From Malacoraja senta (lineage: Eukaryota), in the NCBI GenBank assembly GCA_038087875.1, contig CM075994.1, forward strand, positions 10,046,001 through 10,110,000: 64,000 nt of DNA, written 5' to 3'. The translations under genes and the position numbers were made by a program. Positions within the stretch are counted from its first letter, which is position 1. Every line of letters begins with the position of its first letter. Below the pieces are notes generated by a model. That model was not told the DNA's origin, searched no databases, and saw only the letters and a program-made list of their open reading frames with translations. Positions 1-11,915 of this stretch are shown one piece after another.

Positions 1-314
1 ATTATAAGCAACGTTTAGGGTCAGGACCCTTCTTCAGATTAAGATAACAACCCAAAACGAGCTCTATGCATGTTCTCCACGGATGCTGCCAGACCCGCTG
101 AGTTACTCCAGCACTCCACACAGTCTTAGGATGTTCGGCATGTCCCCAACAATTCCCACCAACTACGAATGTGCCGGAGGAAATATTTTATCGGAATGCA
201 TCACAGCATGGTTTGGGATCAGCTCCATCCAAGACATTGCAGAGAATTATGGATACAGCCCAGTCCCCCGCACAAACCAACCTCCCTTCCATTGACAGCA
301 TCTACGCTTCACAC

Positions 315-345
315 CAAAGATTATAGAGCTCCTCTAGTATCTTTG
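315..345. mobile_element. 31-bp micro-MITE with CAAAGAT...ATCTTTG ends and 8-bp TSD
   Basis: cttcacac[caaagattatagagctcctctagtatctttg]cttcacac; TSD at 307-314 and 346-353. Confidence 0.7.
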
Positions 346-469
346 CTTCACACTGCCTTGGCAAGGCCAGCGGCATAATCAAGGATGAGTTGCCTATTTT
401 CCCGTCGGGCAAGAGGCATGGAAGTGTGAAAACGCACATCTCCAGATTCGGGGACAGTTTCTTCCCATC

Positions 470-1070
470 TGTTTGGACTACGCAGTTGCATGGGACCCGT
501 ACACAAATTTAAAAAAAATCTTCCATTGAACGTGTCCAAAGACAGGCAGCTCGATTTGTTACTAATGCCGTTAAGAGAGAAGCGAGTGTACAAACTTCTG
601 AATTCAATGGTCGAGGTGGAACCCTCTCCAAGACAGACGTAAAGCTCACCGTTTGACCTGTTTTTTACAAAATGTTAAATGGTCAGCTCGACATAGATTA
701 ATTCTGAAGAAGGGTTTCAGCCCGAAACGTTGCCTATTTCCTTCGCTCCATAGATGCTGCCGCACCCGCTGAGTTTCTCCAGCACTTTTGTCTATCTATA
801 GATTATAAAACCTATTAGGAGCAGATGAGGGCATTCGATCCAATTTGAGATACCAGCTACCAAGACAGATGTGTACAGCAAATAATTCTTCCCCCGCACA
901 ATTAAAGCATGGAATAGTCTTCACCCTACCATAGTTACTCAACCAGACACAACTAAATTTAAGGTAGCTCTTTTTTCCCAAGAACCCTTTTTTGCTTAAG
1001 TCCACCCTCCACCATCTTCAGTTTAAATTCCATTTGGAATATTTTTGGAGGACCAGGAAACCAAGAATCA
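470..1070 (+). mobile_element. Degraded CR1/L2-type LINE 3' fragment
   Basis: Remnant peptides IERVQRQAARFVTN and FFPRTIKAWNSL typical of the C-terminus of LINE ORF2. Confidence 0.55.
701..797 (+). mobile_element. Short Penelope-derived element with minimal hammerhead-like motif
   Basis: ctgaaga-agggtttcagccc-gaaacgtt at 704-731; flanked by atagatta direct repeats (693-700, 798-805). Confidence 0.6.
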
Positions 1071-1751
1071 GGCAACTGAACCATCCTACCAACAACCAGA
1101 GAGCAGTTCTGACTTACTACCCACCTCATTGGAGACCTGCAGACTATTTTTGATCAGACTTTACAGGATTTTATCTTGCACTTAACGTTATCCATGTTTA
1201 TTTTTATATGAATGTGTGTGTGTATATATATATTATTCATATTTATATATATAAACACACACTGGACTTTTTTCCTTGGTTATTATATTGTTTGCAGGGT
1301 ACAATGTTTACATACTCTGTTGTGCTGCTGCAAGTAAGCATTTCATTGGGACATATGACAATAAAACACTTTTAGCTATCATTTATCTGTACACACAAAA
1401 TGCTGGAGTAACTCGGCTGGTCAGGCAGCATCTCTGGAGAGAAGGAAGGGATAACGTTTCGGGTCGAGACCCTTTTTGAAGTTAAGGTTAGGGTGAGAGA
1501 ATGGTTTCGACCCATTCCTTCTCTCCAGAGATGCTGCCTGATCCGCTGAGTTACTCCAGCATTCTGTGTCTACGTTCGATCTAAACCAGCATCTGCAGTG
1601 TTTTGCTACACATGTACCTGTACACTGTGGATTGCAGTCAAGTCAAAAGAGTTTTATTGTCATCTGTCCCAGATAGGACAATGAAATTCTTGCTTGCTGC
1701 AGCACCACAGAATATTGTAAGCATGATACAGAACAGTTCAGCGTGTCTATA

Positions 1752-3505
1752 TAGATACATAGAAAATAGGTGCAGGAGTAGGCCATTCGGCCCTTCGAGC
1801 CTGATCATTCAACTCAGTATCCCGTACCTGCCTTCTCTCCATACCCCCTGATCCCTTTAGCCACAAGGGCCACATCTAACTCCCTCTTAAATATAGCCAA
1901 TGAACTGGCCTCAACTACCCTCTGCGGCAGAGAGTTCCAGAGATTCACCACTCTCTGTGTGAAAAATGTTTTTCTCATCTAGGTCTTAAAGGATTTCCCC
2001 CTTATCCTTAAGCTGTGACCCCTTGTCCTGGACTTCCCCAACATCTGGAACAATCTTCCTGCATCTAGCCTGTCCAACCCCATTAGAATTTTGTAAGTTT
2101 CTATAAGATCCCCTCTCAATTTCCTAAATTCTAGCGAGTATAAGCCGAGTCTATCCAGTCTTTCTTCATATGAAAGTCCTGACATCCCAGGAATCGGTCT
2201 GGTGAACCTTCTCTGCACTCCCTCTATGGCAATAATGTCCTTCCTCAGATTTGGAGACCAAAACTGTACGCAATACTCCAGGTGTGGTCTCACCAAGACC
2301 CTGTACAACTGCAGTAGAACCTCCCTGCTCCTATACTCAAATCCTTTTGCTATGAAAGCTAACATACCATTCGCTTTCTTCACTGCCTGCTGCACCTGCA
2401 TGCCTACTTTCAATGACTGGTGTACCATGACACCCAGGTCTCGCTGCATCTCCCCTTTTCCTAATCGGCCACCATTTAGATAATAGTCTGCTTTCCTGTT
2501 TTTGCCACCAAAGTGGATAACCTCACATTTATCCACATTATACTGCATCTGCCAAACATTTGCCCACTCACCCAGCCTATCCAAGTCACCTTGCAGTCTC
2601 CTAGCATCCTCCTCACAGCTAACACTGCCCCCCAGCTTAGTGTCATCCGCAAACTTGGAGATGTTGCCTTCAATTCCCTCATCCAGTTCATTAATATAAA
2701 TTGTAAATAGCTGGGGTCCCAGCACTGAGCCTTGCGGTACCCCACTAGTCACTGCCTGCTATTGTGAAAAGGAACCGTTTACTCCTACTCTTTGCTTCCT
2801 GTTTGCCAGCCAGTTCGCTATCCACATCAATACTGAACCCCCAATACCGTGTGCTTTAAGTTTGTATACTAATCTCTTATGTGGGACCTTGTCGACAGCC
2901 TTCTGAAAGTCCAGATACAACACATCCACTGGTTCTCCCTTATCCACTCTACTAGTTACATCCTCGAAAAATTCTATAAGATTCGTCAGACATGATTTAC
3001 CTTTCATAAATCCATGCTGACTTTGTCCAATGATTTCACCACTTTCCAAATGTGCTGCTATCCCATCTTTAATAACTGTCTCTAGCAGTTTCCCCAGTAC
3101 CGATGTTAGACTAACTGGTCTGTAATTCCCCGTTTTCTCTCTCCCTCCCTTCTTAAAAAGTGGGGTTACGTTTGCTACCCTCCAATCCTCCGGAACTACT
3201 CCAGAATCTAAAGAGTTTTGAAAAATTATCACTAATGCATCCACTATTTCTGGGACTACTTCCTTAAGTACTCTGGGATGCAGCCTATTTGGCCCTGGTG
3301 ATTTATCGGCCTTTAATCCATTCAATTTACCCAACACCAGTTCCCGACTAACCTGGATTTCACTCAGTTCCTCCATCTCCTTTGACCCGCGGCCCCCTGC
3401 TATTTCCGGCAGATTATTTATGTCTTCCTTAGTGAAGACAGAACCAAAGTAGTTATTCAATTGGTCTGCCATATCCTTGTTCCCCATGATCAATTCACCT
3501 GTTTC
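1752..3505 (-). mobile_element. CR1 LINE, ORF2 RT half, inactivated; 5' part runs into the gap
   Basis: GVPQGSVLGP and SKFADDTK RT motifs; TGG>TAG stop at 2759-2761; near-identical to the copy at 6395-10306. Confidence 0.92.
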
Positions 3506-3705
3506 NNNNNNNNNNNNNNNNNNNNNNNNNNNNNNNNNNNNNNNNNNNNNNNNNNNNNNNNNNNNNNNNNNNNNNNNNNNNNNNNNNNNNNNNNNNNNNN
3601 NNNNNNNNNNNNNNNNNNNNNNNNNNNNNNNNNNNNNNNNNNNNNNNNNNNNNNNNNNNNNNNNNNNNNNNNNNNNNNNNNNNNNNNNNNNNNNNNNNNN
3701 NNNNN
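3506..3705. other. Assembly gap (200 N)
   Basis: Run of N. Confidence 1.
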
Positions 3706-3849
3706 GCTGATGTGTATTGTCTTTCCGCTGACTGATCTGCAACATCCAGGTTCAGGAACAGCTACTTCCCCACAGCCATCAGACTATTAAACTTGACTCA
3801 AACAAAAATCTGAACTTTAATAGCCTGTTGCACTTTATCTGCTTATTTA

Positions 3850-4743
3850 TGACGTCGTACGGTCATGGGCAGATTCATGGGTAATTTTCGGCCCATTTCC
3901 CTAACCGGTTTCCGTCTCCGCACCAAAGATCCCAGTGCGGAGACAGATGCCGGTTACGGAAACATCCTCGTAAAAATAAAAGTTATTTGGTAAAAATCTT
4001 CTCATTTTCAGAATTTTAATTTATTAACACGAACTGTTCCCCCGCAACGTTGATTACACTGCGAGAGGGATAACCAAAGTCGGATCGGTTTACTGAAATG
4101 GATGAAAAAAAGGTCCACTTTCTGCTCCGTTGCGTACTACATGGTCCTGTGGTCCACAACAGCCAAGTCGGCATATGTTGTGGAATTGACAGTTCCATGG
4201 GAAGATGGTGTTGAAGAAGCTCATGAGACCAAGTACTCTGAACTGGCAAATGAAGCTTCCCAGAATGGCTGGAAGACCAAGATGTTCCCTGGCGAAGTGG
4301 GATGCAGGGGATTTGTTGCTACATCTATGACCAGGCTACTAAAGAAAATGGGGGTGAGGGGGCGCTCCCTCCAACAAGCAATCAAATCATTATCAAATTC
4401 TGCAGAAAAAAGCAGCAATTGGATTTGGATCAAAGGGAGAGACAACAATTGGGCTGCAAGATGAAGACAGGAGGATATGGAATTGAGGGGGGTGTAACTG
4501 GGACGCCAGGTATCACCGTTGAGCCCTCTGGAGATGTTGTGGGCTTATCAATGAAACGTGAAAGAAGGAGGGTGCCCAACTGATGACCCCGATGACGTAC
4601 CTACCCCACCTTTCACCACTCTAATCCCACTGCAAATAGCAAGAGTGCCGACTTACTACAGGGATTGAAACATCAAGTCCTATTAACGTCAGCCCATTGC
4701 ATTTAGCAGAAGTGGTCTATCTTGCTCCGCTATAGGATCTTTG
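3850..4743 (-). mobile_element. Non-autonomous DNA element (CAAAGAT-TIR family), inverted partial copy interrupted by a HERO fragment
   Basis: Reverse-complement match to 18708-19235, including terminus gtggtctatcttgctccgctataggatctttg. Confidence 0.7.
4140..4685 (+). mobile_element. HERO-clade non-LTR retrotransposon 3' fragment (restriction-like endonuclease domain)
   Basis: MVLWS..AYVVELTVPWEDGVEEAHE..KY..GW..EVGCRGF motif, stop at 4464. Confidence 0.75.
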
Positions 4744-4849
4744 CTTTTCACTGTACCTCGATACACGTGGCAACAAATTACTTCAAACTTGCCGCCTCTT
4801 GTGAGTTTGGTCAGTTGGGGGGGGGTAACGGAAGCCATCGCCTGCTGCG

Positions 4850-4928
4850 ATTGGTTCATCTGTGCAAGCAGTCAGTCAATAGGAATCGGCGGTCGCTGAT
4901 CCTTCATTTGCATACCGCTGCCTATATC
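4850..4928 (+). promoter_or_regulatory. H2B-type promoter: inverted CCAAT, octamer, TATA
   Basis: attgg 4850-4854, ATTTGCAT 4906-4913, tatat 4923-4927. Confidence 0.8.
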
Positions 4929-5009
4929 AGAGAGGCCGCGGGGGGCGGGAGGGGCACTCGTCGGGTGGCTGCCTCCTCTGTTCTTGGTGCCGTGTTAGGA
5001 GGCTTCGCG

Positions 5010-5435
5010 ATGCCGACCGTCGTTGCCGCCGCAGCCGCCGCCGCCACCGGCGCCTCGGCGGCGAGCGCCAAAGGCGCCATCTCCAAGAAGGGCTCGAAGA
5101 AGACGGCCATGAAGATGAACCGCAAGGGCGACAAGAAGCACAGGAAGGCCAGGAAGGAGAGTTACAGCGCCTATATCTACAAGGTGCTGAAGCAGGTGCA
5201 CCCGGACACGGGCATCTCCTCCAAGGCCATGAGCGTCAGCAACTCCTTCGTCAACGACATCTTCGAGCGCATCGCCTCCGAGGCCTCCCGCTTGGTGCAC
5301 TACACCCGCCGCCAGACCATCTCCTCCCGGGAGATCCAGAGCGCCGTCCGCCTGCTGCTGCCCGGAGAACTGGCCAAACACGCCGTCTCGGAGGGGACGA
5401 AAGCGGTCACCAAATACACAAACTCCTCCAAGTAG
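5010..5435 (+). CDS. H2B: Histone H2B variant 1 (141 aa, Ala-rich N-tail), intronless
   Basis: ATG at 5010; [20 protein letters not shown]...[22 protein letters not shown] histone fold; promoter and stem-loop present. Confidence 0.93.
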   Translation: MPTVVAAAAAAATGASAASAKGAISKKGSKKTAMKMNRKGDKKHRKARKESYSAYIYKVLKQVHPDTGISSKAMSVSNSFVNDIFERIASEASRLVHYTRRQTISSREIQSAVRLLLPGELAKHAVSEGTKAVTKYTNSSK

Positions 5436-5478
5436 ATCTTTTCTCCACCCATCAAAAGCTGCGACGAGACCGTCAAAC

Positions 5479-5494
5479 GGCTCTTTTAAGAGCC
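5479..5494 (+). terminator. Histone mRNA 3' stem-loop
   Basis: GGCTCTTTTAAGAGCC preceded by caaac and followed by ac. Confidence 0.92.
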
Positions 5495-5896
5495 ACTTAA
5501 ACCGTTTAGACTGGGCTATAATAGATTTGCACCCGTCAATCGAATTGGATACATGTGATACTTGGATACAAATGAAAACCAAAATATTTAATATTGCAAA
5601 ATGGTGGAGTCAAATTCAAATGGACTGAATTTAAATCGAAATTCAAATGGACTGAATTTAAATCGAAATTCAAAATCTGAATTTAAATGGACTATTAAAA
5701 TGAACCCTACCCAATAAAAAATATACTCAGATTTGGAATGATGTCTTGGTATTGCTTTAGTAACACTATTAAAATGAACCCTATCCAATAAAAATATACC
5801 CAGATATGTGGAATGTCTTGGTATCTTTGGTATTGCTTTAGTAGCATCATAATTTTAATAAAATAAAGAAATGTGGGCGGGACAGTGGCCTCACAA

Positions 5897-6290
5897 TAGA
5901 CAATGGACAACAGACAATGGACAATGGTGCAGGAGGAGGCCATTTGGCCCTTCGAGTCAGCACCGCCATTCACTGTGATCGTGGCTTCTCCCCATATCCC
6001 CTGACTCCGCTATCTTTAAAAGCTATCTAGCTCTCTCTTGAAAGTATCCAGAGAACCGGCCTCCAACCGCCCTCTGAGGCAGAGAATTCCACAGACTCTG
6101 TGAGAAAAAGTGTTTCCTCGTCTCCGTTCTAAATGGCTTACCCATTATTCTTAAACTGTGTGGCCCCTGGTTCTGGACTCCCCCAACATCGGGAACATGT
6201 TTCCTGCCGCTAGCGTGTCCAAACCCTTAACAATCTCATCTTTCAATAAGAAACCCTCTCATCCTTCTAAACTCCAGAGTGTACAAGCCC
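5897..6290 (-). mobile_element. CR1/HER1-type LINE 3' fragment
   Basis: Matches the 3' ends of other CR1-family copies, with a (tattgtc)-like tail. Confidence 0.75.
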
Positions 6291-6299
6291 AAGATCACA

Positions 6300-6394
6300 A
6301 CGCTAGATCCCCGGGTTCGACCCTGACTACGGGTGCTGTCTGTACGGAGTTTGTACGTTCTCCCAGTGACTGTGTGGGGTTTCTCCGGGTGCTG
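6300..6394 (+). mobile_element. HE1/V-SINE-like tRNA-derived SINE, 5' half (3' half resumes at about 10308-10480)
   Basis: B-box gggttcgaccc and core ttctccgggtgct|ccggtttcctcccac split by the CR1 insertion. Confidence 0.7.
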
Positions 6395-6577
6395 GATCAC
6401 GGTTGGGAGAGGCAAGGGGCACAGGCAGGGACTAGAGAGTACCCCGGTGGCTGTACACCTTGACAATAAGTACTCCTGTTTGAGCACTGTTGGGGTGGAC
6501 AGCCTACCTGGGGTGGCGACAGTGGCCGGGCCTCCGGTATAGAGACCGGTCCTGTTGCTCAGAAGGGTAAGGAAAAG

Positions 6578-7093
6578 ATGAGGAGGGCAATATTAATAGG
6601 GGATTCTATAGTTAGGGGGTCAGACAGGCGATTCTGTGGACGCAGTCGGGAGACCCGGATGGTAGTTTGCCTCCCTGGTGCCAGGGTCTGTGATGTGTCT
6701 CAACGTGTCCAAGACATTCTGAAAGGGCAGGGAGAGGAGCCCGAAGTCGTGATACATATAGGTACCAATGACATAGGTAAAAAAAGAAAAGAGGTCCTGA
6801 AAGGAGAATTTAGGGAGTTAGGAGGGGAGTTAAAGAGAAGGACAGCAAGGGTAACAATCTCGGGATTACTGCCTGTGCCACGCGACAGTGAGAGTAGGAA
6901 TGGAGCGAGGTGGAGGATAAATGCGTGGCTGAAGGACTGGTGCAGAAGGCATGGATTAAAATTTCTGGATCATTGGGACCTCTTTTGTGGAAGGTTCGAC
7001 CTGTACAAAAAGGATGGGTTGCACTTGAACCTGAGGGGGACAGATATCCTGGCGGGGAGATCTGCAAAGGCTACTGGGGAGACTTTAAACTAG
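6578..7093 (+). CDS. CR1 ORF1, SGNH/GDSL esterase domain (5'-truncated)
   Basis: ILIGDSIVR, HIGTND and DGLHLN esterase blocks. Confidence 0.85.
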   Translation: MRRAILIGDSIVRGSDRRFCGRSRETRMVVCLPGARVCDVSQRVQDILKGQGEEPEVVIHIGTNDIGKKRKEVLKGEFRELGGELKRRTARVTISGLLPVPRDSESRNGARWRINAWLKDWCRRHGLKFLDHWDLFCGRFDLYKKDGLHLNLRGTDILAGRSAKATGETLN

Positions 7094-7272
7094 AATGGTT
7101 GGGGGGAGGGACTCAAATAGAGAATGCTATTAGACAGTGTGTGAGGCAGGAGGCAGAGAAGGAAAGCACTCAGACCCAACATGTAGGGGGGAAAGAAGAA
7201 AACAATAATAAACAGAGAATAAGAGGTGGTGGGGTTCTTAAATGGGTGAGCAGAGAAACAGAGGGGTGCAAA

Positions 7273-10209
7273 ATGCGGGCGGAAGCAATAGGTAGCAAGG
7301 TGAAAAGTAAAAGTGGCAGGCAGACAAATCCAGGGCAAAAATCAAAAAGAGCCACTTTCCAACATAATTGTATAAGGGGTAAGAGCGTTGTAAAAACAAG
7401 CCTGAAGGCTTTGTGTCTCAATGCAAGGAGCATTCGTAATAAGGTCGATGAGTTGAACGTGCAGATAGCAATTAATGATTATGATATAGTTGGGATCACG
7501 GAGACATGGCTCCAGGGTGACCAAGGCTGGGAGCTGAACATCCAGGGATATTCAATATTCAGGAGGGATAGAGAGAAAGGAAAAGGAGGTGGCGTAGCGT
7601 TGCTGGTTAGAGAGGAGATTAACGCAGTGGAAAGGAAGGACATTAGCTTGGAGGATGTGGAATCGGTATGGGTAGAGCTACGAAACACTAAGGGGCAGAA
7701 AACGCTGGTGGGTGTTGTGTACAGGCCACCCAGGAGTAGTAGTGAAGTTGGGGATGGCATCAAACAGGAAATTAGAAATGCGTACAACAAAGGCAAAACA
7801 GTTATAATGGGTGACTTCAATCTACATATAGATTGGGTGAATCAAATTGGCAGCGGTGCTGAGGAAGAGGATTTCTTGGAATGTATGAGGGATAGTTATC
7901 TAAACCAACATGTAGAGGAACCAACGAGAGAGCAGGCTATTCTAGACTGGGTATTGAGTAATGAGGAAGGGTTAGTTAGCAGACTTGTTGTGCGTGCCCC
8001 CTTGGGCAAGAGTGACCATAATATGGTTGAGTTCTTCATTAGGATGGAGAGTGACATTGTTAATTCAGAAACAACGGTTCTGAACTTAAAGAAAGGTAAC
8101 TTTGAGGGTATGAGACGTGAATTGGCCAAGATTGACTGGCAATTAGTTCTAAAAGGGTTGACGGTGGATATGCAATGGAAGGCATTTAAAGACTGCATGG
8201 ATGAACTACAAAAAATGTTCATCGCAGTTTGGCAAAAGAATAAATCAGGGAAGGTAGTGCATCCGTGGATAACAAGGGAAATCAGGGATAGTATCAAAGC
8301 AAAAGATGTTGCGTACAAATTAGCCAGAAAAAGCAGCATACCAGAGGACTGGGAGAAATTCAGAGACCAGCAGAGGAGGACAAAGGGCTTAATTAGGAGA
8401 GGGAAAATAGATTATGAAAGGAAACTGGCAGGGAACATAAAAACTGACTGCAAAAGTTTTTATAGATATGTGAAGAGAAAGAGATTAGTTAAAACAAATG
8501 TAGGTCCCTTGCAGTCAGAAACAGGTGAATTGATCATGGGGAACAAGGATATGGCGGACCAATTGAATAACTACTTTGGTTCCGTCTTCACTAAGGAAGA
8601 CATAAATAATCTGCCGGAAATAGCAGGGGGCCGCGGGTCAAAGGAGATGGAGGAACTGAGTGAAATCCAGGTTAGTCGGGAAGTGGTGTTGGGTAAATTG
8701 AATGGATTAAAGGCCGATAAATCACCAGGGCCAGATAGGCTGCATCCCAGAGTACTTAAGGAAGTAGCTCCAGAAATAGTGGATGCATTAGTGATAATTT
8801 TTCAAAATTCTTTAGATTCTGGAGTAGTTCCGGAGGATTGGAGGGTAGCAAACGTAACCCCACTTTTTAAGAAGGGAGGGAGAGAGAAAACGGGGAATTA
8901 CAGACCAGTTAGTCTAACATCGGTAGTGGGGAAACTGCTAGAGTCAGTTATTAAAGATGGGATAGCAGCACATTTGGAAAGGGGTGAAATCATTGGACAA
9001 AGTCAGCATGGATTTACGAAAGGTAAATCGTGTCTGACGAATCTTATAGAATTTTTCGAGGATGTAACTAGTAGAGTGGATAGAGGAGAACCAGTGGATG
9101 TGTTGTATCTGGACTTTCAGAAGGCTTTCGACAAGGTACCACATAAGAGATTAGGATACAAACTTAAATCACACGGTATTGGCAGTTCAGTATTGATGTG
9201 GATAGAGAACTGGCTGGCAAACAGGAAGCAAAGAGTAGGAGTAAACGGGTCCTTTTCACAATGGCAGGCAGTGACTAGTGGGGTACCGCAAGGCTCAGTG
9301 CTGGGACCCCAGCTATTTACAATTTATATTAATGATCTGGACAAGGGAATTGAAAGCAACATCTCCAAGTTTGCGGATGACACTAAGCTGGGGGGCAGTG
9401 TTAGCTGTGAGGAGGATGCTAGGAGACTGCAAGGTGACTTGGATAGGCTGGGTGAGTGGGCAAATGTTTGGCAGATGCAGTATAATGTGGATAAATGTGA
9501 GGTTATCCACTTTGGTGGCAAAAACGGGAAGGCAGACTATTATCTAAATGGTGGCCGATTAGGAAATGGGGAGGTGCAGCGAGACCTGGGTGTCATGGTA
9601 CACCAGTCACTGAAAGTAGGCATGCAGGTGCAGCAGGCAGTGAAGAAAGCGAATGGTATGTTGGCCTTCATAGCAAGAGGATTTGAGTATAGGAGCAGGG
9701 AGGTTCTGCTGCAGTTGTACAGGGTCTTGGTGAGACCACACCTGGAGTATTGCGTACAGTTTTGGTCTCCAAATCTGAGGAAGGACATTATAGCCATAGA
9801 GGGAGTACAGAGAAGGTTCACCAGACTGATTCCTGGGATGTCAGGAATTTCATATTAAGAAAGACTGGATAGACTTGGCTTATACTCGCTAGAATTTAGG
9901 AGATTGAGAGGGGATCTTATAGAAACGTACAAAATTCTTATGGGGTTGGACAGGCTAGATGCAGGAAGATTGTTCCCGATGTTGGGGAAGTCCAGGACAA
10001 GCGGTCACAGCTTAAGGATAAGTGGGAAATCCTTTAAGACCGAGATGAGGAAAAACTTTTTCACACAGAGAGTGGTGAATCTCTGGAACTCTCTGCCACA
10101 GAGGGTAGTTGAGGCCAGTTCATTGGCTATATTTAAGAGGGAGTTAGATGTGGCCCTTGTGGCTAAAGGGATCAGGGGGTATGGAGAGAAGGCAGGTACG
10201 GGATACTGA
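7273..10209 (+). pseudogene. CR1 ORF2 (APE endonuclease + RT) with one in-frame nonsense codon
   Basis: NARSIRNK, GITETW, GDFN, SDHN, FADD motifs; GAA>TAA at 9856-9858, frame continues to 10209. Confidence 0.9.
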
Positions 10210-10836
10210 GTTGGATGATCAGCCATGATCATATTGAATGGCGGTGCAGGCTCGAAGGGCCGAATGGCCTACTCCTGCACCTATTTTCTATGTATCTATG
10301 TATCTATACTCCGGTTTCCTCCCACGCTCCACAAAGTCGTTTAGGTTTATAGGTTAATTGGCTCTGTAACGTGTAAATTGCCCCCACTGTAGGAAAGTGC
10401 TATTGTATGGGGTGATCATTGGTCATTGGTGGGCCGAAGGGCCTGTTTCCACGCTGTATCTCCAAAGTTTAAAGTCTAAAGAGTGGATGAGAAAGTGTGA
10501 TATCGGGTCGAGACCCTTCTTCAGACCGATGTGGAGGTTGGGGGGGGGGGGGGTGCGGGAAGAAGCCTTGTGTGAACGGGTAATCGATGATCGACATGGA
10601 CTCAGTGGTCCAAAAGCCTGTGTCCATGCTGTATCTTTCAATCAATTAGAAAGACTTCTCAGCGTTTATTCAACAGAGTGAACTGACTCCAGGAATATAA
10701 CAGGATGTCCAGAAATACCCTGTAATCTCTGCTTGCTGCTGATATTCTTCGGGGGGGGGGTTGGTTCTTGAAGGAAATTTCGCACTTGGAATTTATCTGG
10801 CACGATTTTCATCTGGGTTAATTGCCCTCTCATTAA

Positions 10837-11915
10837 AGGGCACTGTCCCACTGTGCGAGGTCATTCAAGAGTTCTCCCGAGTTTTCCCCTGATTCGAACT
10901 CAGAGAATGTCCGGAACGGGTCCGTAGGAGTTCGTGGATATCTCGTAGCGGTTCGTACGAGTAAAAAGTAACAATTGTTTTCATCACGAGTATTTTTTTA
11001 CTCGTGGACATTTTTTCACAGTTGAAAAAACATCACGAGTTTACCGGATTTCCCGAGTACCTACCGTTTCGGGGCGGAAATCCTGGGGGGGGAAAAGGTG
11101 GGACACGTCCCCCCTGTTTTGAGAGGTGGGGACAGTCCCCCCCCCCCCATTTTTTGTAATCCGGATTTTAAAACCCGGTGAAATCTCCGCTTTTCGCGAG
11201 ACAGTGGGGGTTGGACTGCTGATGGAGGGCACCGATTGAACGAGAGAGATGTCGGTCAGCAGGCAATGGGGGCGGGTCATGATAATTCAGCATGGTGATT
11301 GGAGGAGGAAGACGTGCCAAAACACTCTCGGCACAGACCTGCTGCTCATCCGCAGCCAGGATCGATCCCGGGTCTCCGGCGCTGTCCCGTCCCCACCCGA
11401 GTGCCCCACGCCCAGGGGTGGCCAGAGAGGTCGGGAGTCAGACGGGCACGGTGCTCCCAGGCCCACAGCCAGTGCAGAGAAGCAGCGCTAAAGCCAGCTC
11501 AACTCTGCCTGTCCCGCCAGGTTAACCTACAGTCCTGACTGGACTTGCGGGAAATATGGCCCAGGTGTGCAGCCAGCGTGGAGAAGCAGCGCTGGTGTCC
11601 CGTCAGTCCAGGCAGGGTTGTAGGTTAACCCGGCGAGACAGGCAGAGTTGAGTTGCATTTAGCGCTGGATTGAGCCTCTGAAGCCTCGAGCGTGTGTGTG
11701 TGAGTGTGCGCATGCGCGCGCAGCCGCCAAGAAATTGTGTCCCCCCTGTCCCCCAGTCCCCCCCATATTATGATAGCGATTTCTGTGCCTGGCAACATTA
11801 TGAGCCGCTATGGGACATCCACGAACTGCTACAGACCCGCTACGGACATTCTCCGAGTTCGAATCAGGGGAAAACACAGAACTCTTGAATTACCTCGTAC
11901 AGTGGGACAGGCCCT
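10837..11915. mobile_element. PIF/Harbinger-like MITE with a second element nested at about 11070-11790
   Basis: TIRs aggg..ctgtcccactgt.cgagg / cctcgtacagtgggacaggccct flanked by TAA on both sides. Confidence 0.7.

Larger units (their letters stand above)
6395..10306 (+). mobile_element. Young near-full-length CR1 LINE
   Basis: Esterase ORF1 part, APE-RT ORF2, conserved 3' UTR and short tandem-repeat tail. Confidence 0.95.

Noticed and set aside
4722..5009. N-terminal extension of the H2B ORF (237 aa in the track)
   Set aside because: Starts at a non-ATG codon inside a MITE end and runs through the promoter; the ATG at 5010 fits the TATA position
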